Shown here: one piece after another, positions 18,229 through 28,532 of the stretch
How the letters are laid out: every line of letters begins with the position of its first letter
Numbering within the stretch: position 1 is the first letter of the stretch
Translations under genes and position numbers: made by a program
NCBI GenBank assembly: GCA_903902855.1
Contig: CAIUWK010000068.1
Coordinates: 74,558 to 138,557 of the forward strand
Direction: 5' to 3'
Origin: an uncultured Geobacter sp.
GTDB lineage: Bacteria; Desulfobacterota; Desulfuromonadia; Geobacterales; CAIOGM01
DNA length: 64,000 nucleotides
Notes under the pieces: model-generated
What the model was told of the DNA's origin: nothing
Seen by the model: only the letters and a program-made list of their open reading frames with translations
Databases searched by the model: none

Positions 18229-18981
18229 ATGATAAAGTTAAAATTTAGACAACCATCTCCAAGGAGTATCCCTACAGTGCCTACCTGCGCTTTCATGATC
18301 ATGTTATTGCTCACCATCACCACTCCTCTCCCGGCCATGTCTGCAGTGGATAAGCCGTTACAAACCCGGACAGAACGACAGAATCCGGTCCCGGGGGAAT
18401 CGGCTCAAACGGTACCGGAGATGAGAGGCACGGAGAAAACGGCGGTCAAGCCGAAGCCCGGCAGCAATGACAGAGTCTCTCCCCGTGAACCATCAAACTC
18501 CCTGATAGTCAACTTATCTCTTTTTTTGGTCATGGGGATTGCCGCGCTCTTACTGGTAAGAGCCGTTATCCGGGCGGTCCGATTCATGTCAATGAGTGGT
18601 CTCACGAAGATGCGACATGAAAAATTCAACGTCCTCTCCCCCCTGGTGATCCGCTCTCTGGAAAACATGGCAACGCCCCTATGGGGCGAGAATCACGCCT
18701 GGTTGCGAAAGTATCATATCAAGAAAAAACGGGATCGCTGGATACTCTGCGATCGCAAGCGTGACGGATTCATTCGCTCCCAATCGGAAAAAAACAGTGT
18801 GGAAATAAGCCTGAGGGATACCAATTTCAGAGTCAACATCATCCTCCTCAATGGAATGAGGAAAAATATGATCATGGAGTGTCGCGATTTTTCCGAAAGC
18901 GAACTTGTAACCTCCCTGGAAAAGGTTAAATCAGTTATCATGATCACGCCGAACAGTACGTCGCAACAAAAGGGTCCATGA
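18229..18981 (+). CDS. Hypothetical membrane/secreted protein
   Basis: 250 aa. N-terminal hydrophobic segment and one internal TM helix (LSLFLVMGIAALLLV). ATGA overlap with the downstream REC ORF. AT-richer than its surroundings. No family recognised. Confidence 0.35.
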   Translation: MIKLKFRQPSPRSIPTVPTCAFMIMLLLTITTPLPAMSAVDKPLQTRTERQNPVPGESAQTVPEMRGTEKTAVKPKPGSNDRVSPREPSNSLIVNLSLFLVMGIAALLLVRAVIRAVRFMSMSGLTKMRHEKFNVLSPLVIRSLENMATPLWGENHAWLRKYHIKKKRDRWILCDRKRDGFIRSQSEKNSVEISLRDTNFRVNIILLNGMRKNMIMECRDFSESELVTSLEKVKSVIMITPNSTSQQKGP

Positions 18982-19891
18982 CATCACGAGATGGCTTGAA
19001 TCACCATAATCACTGCGTGGGAAAAAAGCTCCTCATCGTCGATGATGAACCGACCAGCATCAGGGTCCTGGCCGAGACACTCCCCCCCTACTACCAACTC
19101 TTCTCCGCCACTTCAGGACAAGAGGCTCTGAAGCTTGCCGCCCGAATTCAGCCAGACCTGATCCTGCTGGATATCCGGATGCCGGACATGGACGGGTACG
19201 AGCTCTTCCGGGCCATGCAGGCCGACCAATTCCTTCGGACAATCCCGATTATCTTCGTCACGGCCCTCACCGGCGAAGAAGACGAGAGCATCGGACTCGC
19301 CCTGGGTGCAGTGGACTATATCACCAAACCCTTCCGACCGGCCATTGTCAGGCAACGGATAAGCAACTATCTGGAGCTCAAACAGCGGCGCGACGAACAA
19401 CTTTCCCGGGTGGAGGAGTCGTTACGGGAGAGTGAGGAACGGTTTCGCCTCTTCTCGGCCATTTCGAGTTGGCAGACCAGGCCACCCTCTTTCTGGACGA
19501 AATCGACGAACTTCCCCTGGAAGCCCAGGCAAAACTGCTGCGGATTCTCCAGGAGGGTGAGTTTTGCCGGGTCGGCAGCCCCAGGACCATCAAGACCGAA
19601 ACGCGCATCATTGCGGCCACTAACCGGAACCTGTCCGAGGAGGTGCAGCAGGGACGGTTCCGCGAAGACCTCTACTACCGGTTGAGCGGTTTTCCGCTGA
19701 CTATCCCCCCCCCCTGCGGGACCGATCCGAAGATATCCCGCTGCGGGAGTGGCGGCTCTTTGACCTTGCAGGAAGTGGAATCCCAGCACATCATCCAGGT
19801 TCTGCGCTCCACCAACTGGCGCGTGGATGGCCCCAAAGGTGCAGCCCGTTTGCTGGGACTCAATCCCAATACCCTGCATTCCCGCATGTGA
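18978..19891 (+). pseudogene. Decayed sigma-54-dependent response regulator (REC intact; AAA+ and HTH fragmented)
   Basis: REC domain (LLIVDDEP...LILLDIRMPDMDG...DYITKP), then EERFRLF. The frame then switches to [57 protein letters not shown]. The Walker A half is missing. There is a second frame change at a C10 run (19705-19714; alternative frame reads [13 protein letters not shown]), an internal deletion before [10 protein letters not shown], and a TGA where KKLGI is expected. Confidence 0.7.
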
Positions 19892-20211
19892 AAACTGAGG
19901 ATTCATTCTCCATGAAAAATATTTCAATTATCGGTTATTCTTTTATATTAAAAAGTTATCACCCTCACCACCTGCCCCCCACTGAGCTATACCACCATAA
20001 TTACAGCCACCTACAGGGATCATTCTCCGAACAAAACGTTGGCACGATTAATGTAATCGCAACAACATGAGGGTGGAGAGTTCACCGGAGAAGGGGAGCA
20101 CGTCACCGTCAGTATGCCCCTGACGCACGAAGAGAATTCCCCATGACACAGATCGGAAGGACTCCGTCTCCCTTGACAGGAGAATCTTTCGTTGCAAGGA
20201 GAAACAGCGAC

Positions 20212-21381
20212 ATGAACACCCCCTATTGTGCCGGATTACCGGAGCTTCCCACGGTCTCAGCCGACGCCGTAAAACTGTTTCATCGTGCGATAACGAGTGT
20301 GACGGCGCAAGTGGCCGCCCATCTTGAGAGCCGGCCTGATCTGGACATGTTCACCGGCGGTAATTCGCCGGATCTGCTCCGCGGCATGCTGCGACACCAG
20401 GCGAGGTTCATGCTGATCATCTTCACCGTGGACTCCCCCCAGCAGATTGCATCGTTTCTCCTCTGGAACCATCAGACATCCCAGGCTCAGGGGTTCTCCT
20501 CAGAGTTCTTTGCCCTGCTGCTTGACGCCTGGCGAACCGTCGTCCGTGACCGGTTCACCACCCATGGAGAGGGAGGTGAGCTCCCGTCATTCTATGACTG
20601 GCTGGCTCGATGCCACGAAACAAGCAGCGTTTCCCCCGGTGAAGGGATATATCCTGCTGTTTCCCTCACGCATAATGTCAAGGGGGTGCAACTCCCCTTT
20701 CTCTGGCTGCTGCTGCAAGGAAATTTCAGCAGCTGCCTGCAGTTCAGCAGTTCGTTGATTGAAACCTTGGATGACCTGAGACAGTTTTACCTGAAAGTAA
20801 TCTGGCCTGTATTCTACCGGATAGGTGAGCTCTGGAGTTCCGGCCTGATCTCCGTCGCCGAAGAGCACTTGGCCACGAATCTGGTCAAACGGGTCATGCC
20901 GGTCCTCCTTTCCCGGTTCACCATGAACAGGGTGACTCGTGGAAAGGCCTTGGTTTCCACATCCCCCAATGAGCACCATGAGATCGGCGCCAGGATGGTC
21001 GCCGATTTTTTGGAACTGGATGGCTGGGACGTCATCTACCTGGGGGCCAATATTCCTTCCTGGGCACTTCTTGACATGGTCCAGCGAGAGAAACCTTTCC
21101 TCATCGCCCTCTCCGCTGCCACCGAGATAAACCTCGGCAATATCAGGTACATTATCGACATGATCAGGGGTGACCGACGGCTTCGAGAGACAAAAATCAT
21201 GGTTGGCGGTTACGCGTTCTGTCATAGCTGGCTGCATTGGCAGCAGATCGGCGCCGATGGCCATGCTCCCGATGCCCAGGGGGGCGCCCTGATCGCAGCG
21301 GAGTGGTGGTCGGCGCGGCAGGGTGACAAATCACAGGATGAAAGTAACCACTCAGGTTTGAGACTGAAGGCTGAAGGTTAA
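20212..21381 (+). CDS. Cobalamin (B12)-binding domain protein, CarH-like sensor module without a DNA-binding domain
   Basis: AAGGAG precedes the ATG at 20212 (the ORF opens at 20143). Four-helix cap motif W-x9-EH (ELWSSGLISVAEEHLAT) and Rossmann B12 motif ExHxxG (NEHHEIGARMV...GWDVIYLG). The N-terminal ~200 aa are unassigned. Confidence 0.75.
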   Translation: MNTPYCAGLPELPTVSADAVKLFHRAITSVTAQVAAHLESRPDLDMFTGGNSPDLLRGMLRHQARFMLIIFTVDSPQQIASFLLWNHQTSQAQGFSSEFFALLLDAWRTVVRDRFTTHGEGGELPSFYDWLARCHETSSVSPGEGIYPAVSLTHNVKGVQLPFLWLLLQGNFSSCLQFSSSLIETLDDLRQFYLKVIWPVFYRIGELWSSGLISVAEEHLATNLVKRVMPVLLSRFTMNRVTRGKALVSTSPNEHHEIGARMVADFLELDGWDVIYLGANIPSWALLDMVQREKPFLIALSAATEINLGNIRYIIDMIRGDRRLRETKIMVGGYAFCHSWLHWQQIGADGHAPDAQGGALIAAEWWSARQGDKSQDESNHSGLRLKAEG

Positions 21382-21403
21382 ACCCGTCAACCTGAGTAGT
21401 TAC
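21344..21403. repeat. Heptamer-arm hairpin element, short copy E (inverted relative to copies A-D)
   Basis: GTAACCACTCAGGTT..GACTGAAGGCTGAAGGTTAAACCCGTC..AACCTGAGTAGTTAC, with terminal inverted repeats. It overlaps the last 12 codons and the stop of the B12-binding gene. Confidence 0.75.
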
Positions 21404-21446
21404 AATATCTCTTTCATAAGGTGGAGAGGAGTCGGAGGGTAACAGG

Positions 21447-24400
21447 ATGAACGTAACCGGGATGAAAAAAGCAGTGACGCCTCGCAATGCAGGCGTTATC
21501 GGTATCGTACTGACACTGCTCCTGTTTTCCTTCGGCTATTACAACGCGTGGCAGGATTATCATAAACAGTTCATCGCCGACGCCTCGGAGCGGACCGCGG
21601 ATGTCATTGAAGCATTGCAGGACCGACTGCTGGAACTGGACGGACTCAGGCGCTTTATCAAGGGTTCGGCAGAGGTTGACCGGGAGAGCTTTCGGGAGTT
21701 CGTTCAGCCGATTCTGAAGCAACCGGGGATTCAGGCCTTGGCCTGGGCCCCCATGGTCCCCGTATCCGGCCGACGAAGGATGGAACAGGGCTCGGGAGGT
21801 TTTCCCTTCACTGAACGCGCCCCCAAAGGTCCCCTGGTGGCCGCAGGAATGCGGCCGTTCTATTACCCGGTCTCTCTGGTTGAACCGCTGCAAGGTAACG
21901 AGCAGGAAGTCGGATATGACCTGGGATCAGACCCCGACAGAGTGGGAGCGCTTCATAAGGCCGAGGAGACGGGACAGATCACGGCAACGACCCGCATCAG
22001 GCTCGTCACTGAACGCCAGGGACAAAACGGCTTTCTTCTCTTTGCACCGGTCACTGACAAAGGGAACAGGCTTCGCGGCTTTGCCGTGGGATTATTCAGA
22101 GCAGGGGACATGCTTGAGGCCGCGCTCACCCCCACCTCCACCATGGCGCTGAACAGCACCCTCGCCGACCTCTCCGCCCCCCACGGCAGACAACTACTCC
22201 ACCGCCATGAGGTCGGCAGGGAGGTTGCAGGGCAACTCCCCGGTCTGGACGACCTCCTTTTCCCCCAGCTTTCCCATACCCGGGACTTCCTCTTTGCCGG
22301 ACGGCAGTGGCGGATCACCTCCCAGGGAACTCGTGGCTATCACGCCCAAACGGTTTCCCTGGCCTTTCTCCTGATCCTCCCCGTGGGGCTTCTCATAACC
22401 TACCTGATCTATCTCTATCTGCTGCAGCAGCTCCGCTCACGGGAGGAGGTGGAGGCCCTGGTGGAAGTTCGGACAATGGAGTTGGGTAGAAGTAACAGCA
22501 GGCTCCTCGCCGAAATCGGAGAGCACCGGCGCACCGTTGAGGCTTTGCGGGCCAGTCGGAGCCAGTTCCAGACTTTTTTCGAGCGTATCGGTTCCATCAT
22601 GCTCCTCATCGACCCCGAAACCGACGCCATCGTCGATGCCAATGAGGCAGCAGAACAATTTTACGGTTATGCGCGGCAGACCCTCCGTTCCATGAAATAT
22701 ACGGAAATCAACAGTCACGGCAACCGTACCGCTGAAGGGGAGACGCATCAGACCGCCATCCGGCTGCACCGCCTCGCCAGCGGTAAATTCCGCAGCGTGG
22801 AGGTTCACTCATCCCTCATCGCTCCCCATGACGCGTCGGGCGCAAAACTCCTCTTTGCCATCATTCACGATATAACCGCCCGGCAGGAGATGGCTGCCCA
22901 CCAGGAGTTACACCAACTGCACCTGGGGATCGCCATGGACCTGGCACGTCTGGCATACTGGGAATTCGACCAAACCACCGGGAGTTTCACCTTCGACGAC
23001 CGCTGCTACGCCCAGTACGCCACCACCGCCAAGCAGGAGGGGGGAGAGACCCTCCCACTGACGGAGTATCTCCAGCGATTCGTGTATCCCGAAGACGCCC
23101 CTCTGGTGGCTGCGGCCTTTACCGGGGAGTCACAACCGTACCGCATCTTTGCCCAGAGTCTGGAATACAGGATTCTGCGCCGGGATGGCGCGGTGAGACA
23201 TATGGCGCTCTTCTACCAGACAGGGGACATCGAGACCCGACACCATGGCGCCACCCAGGACATCACCAAACTGAAACAGATCAGCCAACGACTTGAGGAG
23301 GAGCAACAGGCTCTGGCTCTCTCCCGGAACCATATGCAGACCATTCTGGACAATCTCCCCATGCAGGCCTGGCTCAAGGACCGGGAGGGGCGATTGCTCA
23401 TGGTCAACAACCAGTATGCCGCTGCCGTGGGTCGCCCCCGAGAGGAGATTCTCGGCCACACCGTCTTTGACCTCTGGCCCCACGATCTGGCAAGTTTCTA
23501 CAATGCCGTTGATGAAGAGATCATGGCCTCCGGAGTAAGCCGCCAGGTGGAGGAGCAACAGGAGGATACACCGGGTGCGGCCTGGTTCGAGACGTTCAAG
23601 GCCCCCATCATTGCGGCGGACGGCAGAGTGATCGGGACGACGGGCACGGCCCGGGACATTACCCGGCGCAAACAGTCGGAAGAGCTGATCATGACGCAGC
23701 AGTACAAACTTGAAGAGCTCAATGCCCACCTGAAAGAGCTGGTGGCGGAGGAGATTGACAAGAACCGGGCCAAGGACCTGCTGATCATGGGGCAGAAGAA
23801 GCTGGTCTCCATCGGCCAACTGGCGGCCGGCGTGGCCCATGAAATCAACACCCCTCTCGGTTTTGTCAGCAGCAATATCCGGGTCTTTGACAAATATTTC
23901 GGCCAGATGAGCAGCTATATGGCTGCCCAGCAGGCGTTCCTGGAGAGCACGGCCGCCGAAGAGGAGCGCCGTGAGCTCAAAGGACTGGAACAGAAGCTGG
24001 ACATTCCCTTTATTATGAAAGACATCCCGGAGCTCATTGCCGAATCCCTCACCGGAATCGATCGGGTGTCGAGTATCATCCTTGACCTGAAGAGATTCTC
24101 CCGGGTAGACGCTCCCAACTCCGAACCCACCGACATCACCGCCTGCATGGAGAACGCGCTCATTATTCTGACCCATGAACTGAAAGATGTGGCGACCATC
24201 CGGAGGGAGTATCAGCCGCTCCCCCGGATTCTCTGCACCCCCGGCGAACTGAACCAACTGTTTCTGAATCTGCTCCGTAACGCCGGCCAATCTCTCACCC
24301 CTGTGGGGGAGATCACCCTGAAAAGTTGGTATGATGACGGTTTCGTCTACGCTTCGGTGACGGACAACGGTCATGGTATCCCTGAACATCTCAAGGAACG

Positions 24401-24584
24401 AATCTTCGAGCCGTTTTTTACCACCAAGGATGTGGGGCAGGGAACCGGCCTGGGGTTGAGCGTCTGCCACAACATCATCACCAGACATCACGGGCAGCTG
24501 CAGGTGGAGAGCGTCGTGGGAAGCGGCAGCACCTTCACCGTCAAGATTCCCCGAAGTGAAGAAGGCTCTCCCCTACATGAATGA
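21447..24584 (+). CDS. Sensor histidine kinase (TM - CHASE - TM - PAS x3-4 - HisKA-like - HATPase)
   Basis: 1045 aa. CHASE-like periplasmic region ([27 protein letters not shown]), H-box [13 protein letters not shown]-boxes GTGLGLSV. Confidence 0.9.
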   Translation: MNVTGMKKAVTPRNAGVIGIVLTLLLFSFGYYNAWQDYHKQFIADASERTADVIEALQDRLLELDGLRRFIKGSAEVDRESFREFVQPILKQPGIQALAWAPMVPVSGRRRMEQGSGGFPFTERAPKGPLVAAGMRPFYYPVSLVEPLQGNEQEVGYDLGSDPDRVGALHKAEETGQITATTRIRLVTERQGQNGFLLFAPVTDKGNRLRGFAVGLFRAGDMLEAALTPTSTMALNSTLADLSAPHGRQLLHRHEVGREVAGQLPGLDDLLFPQLSHTRDFLFAGRQWRITSQGTRGYHAQTVSLAFLLILPVGLLITYLIYLYLLQQLRSREEVEALVEVRTMELGRSNSRLLAEIGEHRRTVEALRASRSQFQTFFERIGSIMLLIDPETDAIVDANEAAEQFYGYARQTLRSMKYTEINSHGNRTAEGETHQTAIRLHRLASGKFRSVEVHSSLIAPHDASGAKLLFAIIHDITARQEMAAHQELHQLHLGIAMDLARLAYWEFDQTTGSFTFDDRCYAQYATTAKQEGGETLPLTEYLQRFVYPEDAPLVAAAFTGESQPYRIFAQSLEYRILRRDGAVRHMALFYQTGDIETRHHGATQDITKLKQISQRLEEEQQALALSRNHMQTILDNLPMQAWLKDREGRLLMVNNQYAAAVGRPREEILGHTVFDLWPHDLASFYNAVDEEIMASGVSRQVEEQQEDTPGAAWFETFKAPIIAADGRVIGTTGTARDITRRKQSEELIMTQQYKLEELNAHLKELVAEEIDKNRAKDLLIMGQKKLVSIGQLAAGVAHEINTPLGFVSSNIRVFDKYFGQMSSYMAAQQAFLESTAAEEERRELKGLEQKLDIPFIMKDIPELIAESLTGIDRVSSIILDLKRFSRVDAPNSEPTDITACMENALIILTHELKDVATIRREYQPLPRILCTPGELNQLFLNLLRNAGQSLTPVGEITLKSWYDDGFVYASVTDNGHGIPEHLKERIFEPFFTTKDVGQGTGLGLSVCHNIITRHHGQLQVESVVGSGSTFTVKIPRSEEGSPLHE

Positions 24585-24607
24585 TACAGTACCGACAACT
24601 TCGATGA

Positions 24608-27037
24608 TCATGACCGCCGGGTCAGCCGGAGCGAATTTCCCACCACGCAGAGGGAGCTAAGAGCCATGGCCGCTGCGGCATGGATGGGGGTGAGTCGCCC
24701 GGTCATGGCCAAGGGGATTCCCACCAGGTTGTAGATGAAAGCCCAAGCCAGGTTCTGACGGATGACCCGCATGGTCCGCACCGCCAGCTGGTGGGCGATG
24801 ACGATCCGTCCCAGATCAGGTTTCGTGAGGATCAGCGCCGAGCTCTCCAGTGCAATGTCGGTACCACCGGCCATGGCGCACCCCACGGAGGCGGCGGAGA
24901 GAGCCGGGGCATCGTTGATCCCGTCACCCACCATGAGAACCGGCGCCCCCTCCCCTTCCCTATTCCCCACAAACTCCGCCTTGTCAACGGGAAGCATCCC
25001 CCCCCGGGCGTCACCGATCCCTACCTCTTGGGCGATCTCCCGCAGATGTTCGGGCCTGTCCCCGGAGAGAAGGGTCACGGCAATTCCCTGTTTCACGAAA
25101 TAGGCCGCCACCGCCGCCGCCTCGGGACGGAGCCGATCCTGCAAAACTATCAACCCGAGATACTCCCCCTGACGGGCCACATGGATGACGCTCCCCGATG
25201 CCGGGGGAGCTTCTGAAGGGAGGAGAATCCCATGGTCACGGAGAAACCGCGCCGTGCCCGCGACCACCTCCACCCCCTCCATCATGGCGGCGACACCCCC
25301 TCCCGGAGTCGTCACCACCCCTACGGCAGGGACCAGGGGATGGATTCCTCGTATTCCGGCATAGGCCATGATTCCCCTGGCCAGAGGATGGGCCGAGCCT
25401 GACTCAACCCCGGCAGAGGTGACCAGGAGCAGCTCCGGGGAGACCCCCGCGGCAGGGCAAAGCGCCACCACCTGGGGGCGCCCCAGGGTGAGGGTCCCGG
25501 TCTTATCGAACACCACCTGCCTGATCCGGCTCAGCCGTTCCAGGATCTCCCCCCCCCGGAAGATGATCCCGCTCCCGGCAGCAGCGCCGGTCCCTGCCAC
25601 CACCGCGGTGGGGGTGGCCAGTCCCAGGGCGCAGGGGCAGGCGATGACCACCACGGCCAAAGCTCTCATGAGTGCCATGCCAAAGGGAAACCCGGCAAAG
25701 AACAACAAGCCGAAGGTGAGGAGCGCCAGCAGCAGCACCGCCGGGACAAAGAGAGCCGAGAGCCGTTCCGCAAGGTTCTGGATGGGGGCGCGGCGCTGCT
25801 GGGCCTCCTCCACCAGCCGGGCAATGCGGGCGATGAAGCTATCGGAGGCCGGTCGTGCCACCCGGACCCGGACGGAGGCCAGGAGGTTGATGCTCCCGGC
25901 GATGACCGGATCACCGCTCTTCTTGGCCACGGGAAGAGACTCGCCGGTGGCCGGGGATTCATCCACCTCGCTCTCCCCTTCCAGCAACACGCCGTCCACG
26001 GGAAACCGCTCCCCCTCCCGGACCAGCACGATGTCGCCGGGGATCAGCTCGGAGCTCTCCACGGTTTCCGGCACATCCCCCCGGAGACGAAGCGCCTGGG
26101 CCGGGGCGCAGGCAAGGAGCCGCTCCACCCCGGCCGAGGCGCGATGTCGGGCCGAGAGCTCCAGGAGCCGGCCGGCCAGGATGAGGGTAACGATCATGGC
26201 CGCGGTCTCGAAATAGACCTCACTCCCGTTGACCAGGGCGTAGATGCTGTAGAGGTATGAGGAGAGAGCCCCCACCGTGATGAGAAGATCCATCCCCGGA
26301 GCCCGGTTGGCGATGCTCCGCCAGGCTCCGGCCAGAAACGGCCACCCGGAGTAGAAGAGCACCGGCGTCGTCACTGCCAGGGAAAACCACTGCATGACCG
26401 CTTTCATGGTCTCCCCCATCCCCTGGACGAACCCGGCATAGAGAGCCAGGGAGGAGGCCATGAGCTGCATGGTGAGGAAGAGGGAGGTGCCGAAGCGGAG
26501 GAGGAGCTCTTTTCTCTGGAGGGCGTAGGCGGCTTCGGCAACTCCGAAGGAGTAGGGTCGGGGGCGGTAACCGGCGGCGGAGATACGCCGGAAGATGGCG
26601 GCAGGGGTGGTCAGGGAGGGATCAAAGTGAAGTCTGGCCCGGCCGGTGGCGTAGTTCACCCGAACCTGACTGGTTCCGGGGAGGCCGGCGATGATCTTTT
26701 CCATGAGCCAGACGCAGGAGGCGCAGCGAATACCGTCGATGAGGATATCCAGGGCAAAGGTGTCACCCGCCGGCTGTACGAAACGGGCGAGATACTCCTC
26801 GGAGAACTCATCCTGGTACGCCCCGCTCCCCAGCCCCTTGTCGCGCCACTCCCGGCGCCGGTAATAGTCGTCAAGTCCGGCGCCGGTGATCAGCTCATAG
26901 GCGCCAAGACACCCCTTGCAGCAGAAGAGCCGCTCCACGCCGTCGGAGCGATCCACCACAGTGGCGCCGGGCAGGAGCTCCGCCTCGCAGTGGAGGCAGC
27001 GCCGGGGCGCTTCGGTTACGGCAAGAGTGTCATTCAC
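24608..27037 (-). CDS. ccoI: Copper-translocating P1B-type ATPase, CcoI/FixI type
   Basis: 809 aa. N-terminal Cys-rich CcoI-type domain (CLHCEAEL...CCKGCLGAYE), CPC motif (ACPCALGLATP), DKTGTLT, GDGINDAP. Genomic association with ccoNOQP-ccoG-fixH. Confidence 0.85.
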   Translation of the reverse strand: MNDTLAVTEAPRRCLHCEAELLPGATVVDRSDGVERLFCCKGCLGAYELITGAGLDDYYRRREWRDKGLGSGAYQDEFSEEYLARFVQPAGDTFALDILIDGIRCASCVWLMEKIIAGLPGTSQVRVNYATGRARLHFDPSLTTPAAIFRRISAAGYRPRPYSFGVAEAAYALQRKELLLRFGTSLFLTMQLMASSLALYAGFVQGMGETMKAVMQWFSLAVTTPVLFYSGWPFLAGAWRSIANRAPGMDLLITVGALSSYLYSIYALVNGSEVYFETAAMIVTLILAGRLLELSARHRASAGVERLLACAPAQALRLRGDVPETVESSELIPGDIVLVREGERFPVDGVLLEGESEVDESPATGESLPVAKKSGDPVIAGSINLLASVRVRVARPASDSFIARIARLVEEAQQRRAPIQNLAERLSALFVPAVLLLALLTFGLLFFAGFPFGMALMRALAVVVIACPCALGLATPTAVVAGTGAAAGSGIIFRGGEILERLSRIRQVVFDKTGTLTLGRPQVVALCPAAGVSPELLLVTSAGVESGSAHPLARGIMAYAGIRGIHPLVPAVGVVTTPGGGVAAMMEGVEVVAGTARFLRDHGILLPSEAPPASGSVIHVARQGEYLGLIVLQDRLRPEAAAVAAYFVKQGIAVTLLSGDRPEHLREIAQEVGIGDARGGMLPVDKAEFVGNREGEGAPVLMVGDGINDAPALSAASVGCAMAGGTDIALESSALILTKPDLGRIVIAHQLAVRTMRVIRQNLAWAFIYNLVGIPLAMTGRLTPIHAAAAMALSSLCVVGNSLRLTRRS

Positions 27038-27044
27038 GGTGTCG

Positions 27045-27352
27045 TTATACCCGACTTACTCTTTCGAGCAGAAGATATTCCAAATCTCGACGTCCATCGA
27101 TGACCGACAGGACAAAAACATTTTCCTCTTCGATGCAATACATGATCCGCCATGGTGTCGGGAGCAGTTCCCGGTACTGGAATATGCCCTGTTTCTGCAG
27201 TTCCGGTACGACACGCCCCCGTTACGCGGACCGGTTGAATGTCGTCTTGCAGATTTATTGACCACCTCCTGACCGAATTCAATACCATACTCAGCCTTGT
27301 ACAGCAAGGTTTCACCCTACAAACGCAGGGTAAATTTGTTCTCCGCATATTC
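27045..27352 (-). pseudogene. ParE/RelE-family toxin relic (in-frame TAG plus frameshift)
   Basis: Own three-frame reading: ..EYAENKFTLRL*GETLLYKAEYGIEFGQEVVNKSARRHSTGPRNGG, then after a shift at a 5-nt C run (27216-27220) RVVPELQKQGIFQYRELLPTPWRIMYCIEEENVFVLSVIDGRRDLEYLLLERVSRV*. The C-terminal half is classic ParE. The stop lies 8 nt upstream of the ccoI ATG. Confidence 0.55.
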
Positions 27353-27680
27353 ACTAGACCCCCCAGGAACATGAATTTTTTGTCCTGCGCAAGTAATCGA
27401 AGACTAGTCGCACATTCCAGATAGGGGAGATGGTGATAAGTGACTTCTGTTGTCGGCGCTAATTCAGGGAGCGGGTGTGGTGATTTTTTGTCGGGTTGTC
27501 TGTACGTGTTGACCACCGATGCCGATGGCCGGTTTACCTTGCCGACTATGGATTTTCTGGATGCTTTCGTACAGATCAAAGCGGCAGATGGTAAGGACTT
27601 TGCGACGGTCAACCTGCCGATTAAGATGTTTGAAACGGGGGAACTGGCGGTAGTGCTGCAGCCAAGGCAGTAGGGTTTTA

Positions 27681-28097
27681 CTACACGAACCCCAACTCAA
27701 TCCGTTTGCCGAACACCCGGGCAATCTTTTCGAGGGTCTTAACGGTAGGATTAGCTTTGCGTGGATTTTCCAGGCGTTGATAGACCTGATAGGAGATGTT
27801 GAGCTGTCGTGCCACTTCGGTCTGCGGTCGATCGGCACGCAGGGTGCGCAACATCATGGCAACAGCGATATGCGGAGCTACGGGGATATTGTATGTGTTT
27901 TTACTTAGAATGGCAGAAGGAGATGGAATGACGAAATTTCGTTCAAAATCGGATTCGATACAACCGTTCAGCGCCTCTTCGGCATTATGCAGAGCCTCTT
28001 CCAATGTAGCTCCATAGGTCATGACGTTCTCTAAGTCGGGAAAACTGGCCAGATAGCCGTCGTCCTGTTTTTCTATAAGCACCGGATATGCCAGCAT
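27681..28097 (-). CDS. hicB: HicB family antitoxin with C-terminal HTH
   Basis: 138 aa. N-terminal HicB fold pattern (YPVLIEKQDDGYLASFPDL...GATLEEALHNAEEAL) and C-terminal XRE-like HTH (QTEVARQLNISYQVYQRLE). Confidence 0.85.
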   Translation of the reverse strand: MLAYPVLIEKQDDGYLASFPDLENVMTYGATLEEALHNAEEALNGCIESDFERNFVIPSPSAILSKNTYNIPVAPHIAVAMMLRTLRADRPQTEVARQLNISYQVYQRLENPRKANPTVKTLEKIARVFGKRIELGFV

Positions 28098-28102
28098 AAT
28101 TA

Positions 28103-28288
28103 TTACTCCTTTATTCCCGCTTGTTTAAGAATGCCGTGAACAAGTCCTTTGGGCAGATCTGTTGTGCCGTGTGTCGGAATGGGAACCGAGCGGCACCCCT
28201 CGCGGATCATGATGTGATGGCTGCCGGAGATACGATCAAGCACCCAGCCATGTTCCTCAAGAATCTTTTTGAGCTGTTTGCCGGTCAT
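28103..28288 (-). CDS. hicA: HicA family mRNA interferase toxin
   Basis: Start taken at MTGKQLKKILEEHGW (Met16 of the ORF). GSHHIM...PIPTHG..DLPKGLVHGILKQAGI is typical of HicA. Lies 5 nt upstream of hicB. Confidence 0.85.
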   Translation of the reverse strand: MTGKQLKKILEEHGWVLDRISGSHHIMIREGCRSVPIPTHGTTDLPKGLVHGILKQAGIKE

Positions 28289-28532
28289 GAAATAATTTAT
28301 ACAGCATAAATGATGTGTGTCAAGAAATACCATTGACCACTTGGAGGAATTGATCCGCTGGCTGATACCAAGGTGACTGCTTACAGGGGTGGAGGGTCAG
28401 GCTTGGACGGACCGTCCAAGATTGCGCGTTGCAGAATGTGGCGAGACAGGAAGGGCTTGAAAGAAATGGGGGATTGGGGACGGGTTAAAATGGTGACGGT
28501 CTGGATGTTCCAGTAAGTGAATATGTGAACTA

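Noticed and set aside
19978-19996. CCCACTGAGCTATACCACC is the reverse complement of GGTGGTATAGCTCAGTGGG, which resembles a tRNA acceptor plus D-arm.
   Set aside because: No anticodon or T-arm follows, so it is not a tRNA gene. At most it is a 19-nt tRNA-derived scar in the AT-rich spacer, and it is too short to interpret.
20040-20056. Sigma-54 promoter-like TTGGCACGATTAATGTA upstream of the B12-binding gene, attractive because of the adjacent sigma-54 activator relic.
   Set aside because: The -24 TGGCAC is good, but the -12 position reads GT rather than the invariant GC (TTGC), so the site is not supported.
27034-27612. A 192-aa minus-strand ORF spanning the ccoI start and the ParE relic.
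   Set aside because: This is one of the three frames crossing the decayed ParE region and has no family signal. It overlaps the genuine ccoI start.
27440-27673. A 77-aa ORF with a CarboxypepD_reg-like stretch (YVLTTDADGRFTLP).
   Set aside because: It is probably a fragment of a larger gene carried into the island. It has a GTG start with no convincing context and covers only part of a domain, so I did not call it as a functional CDS.
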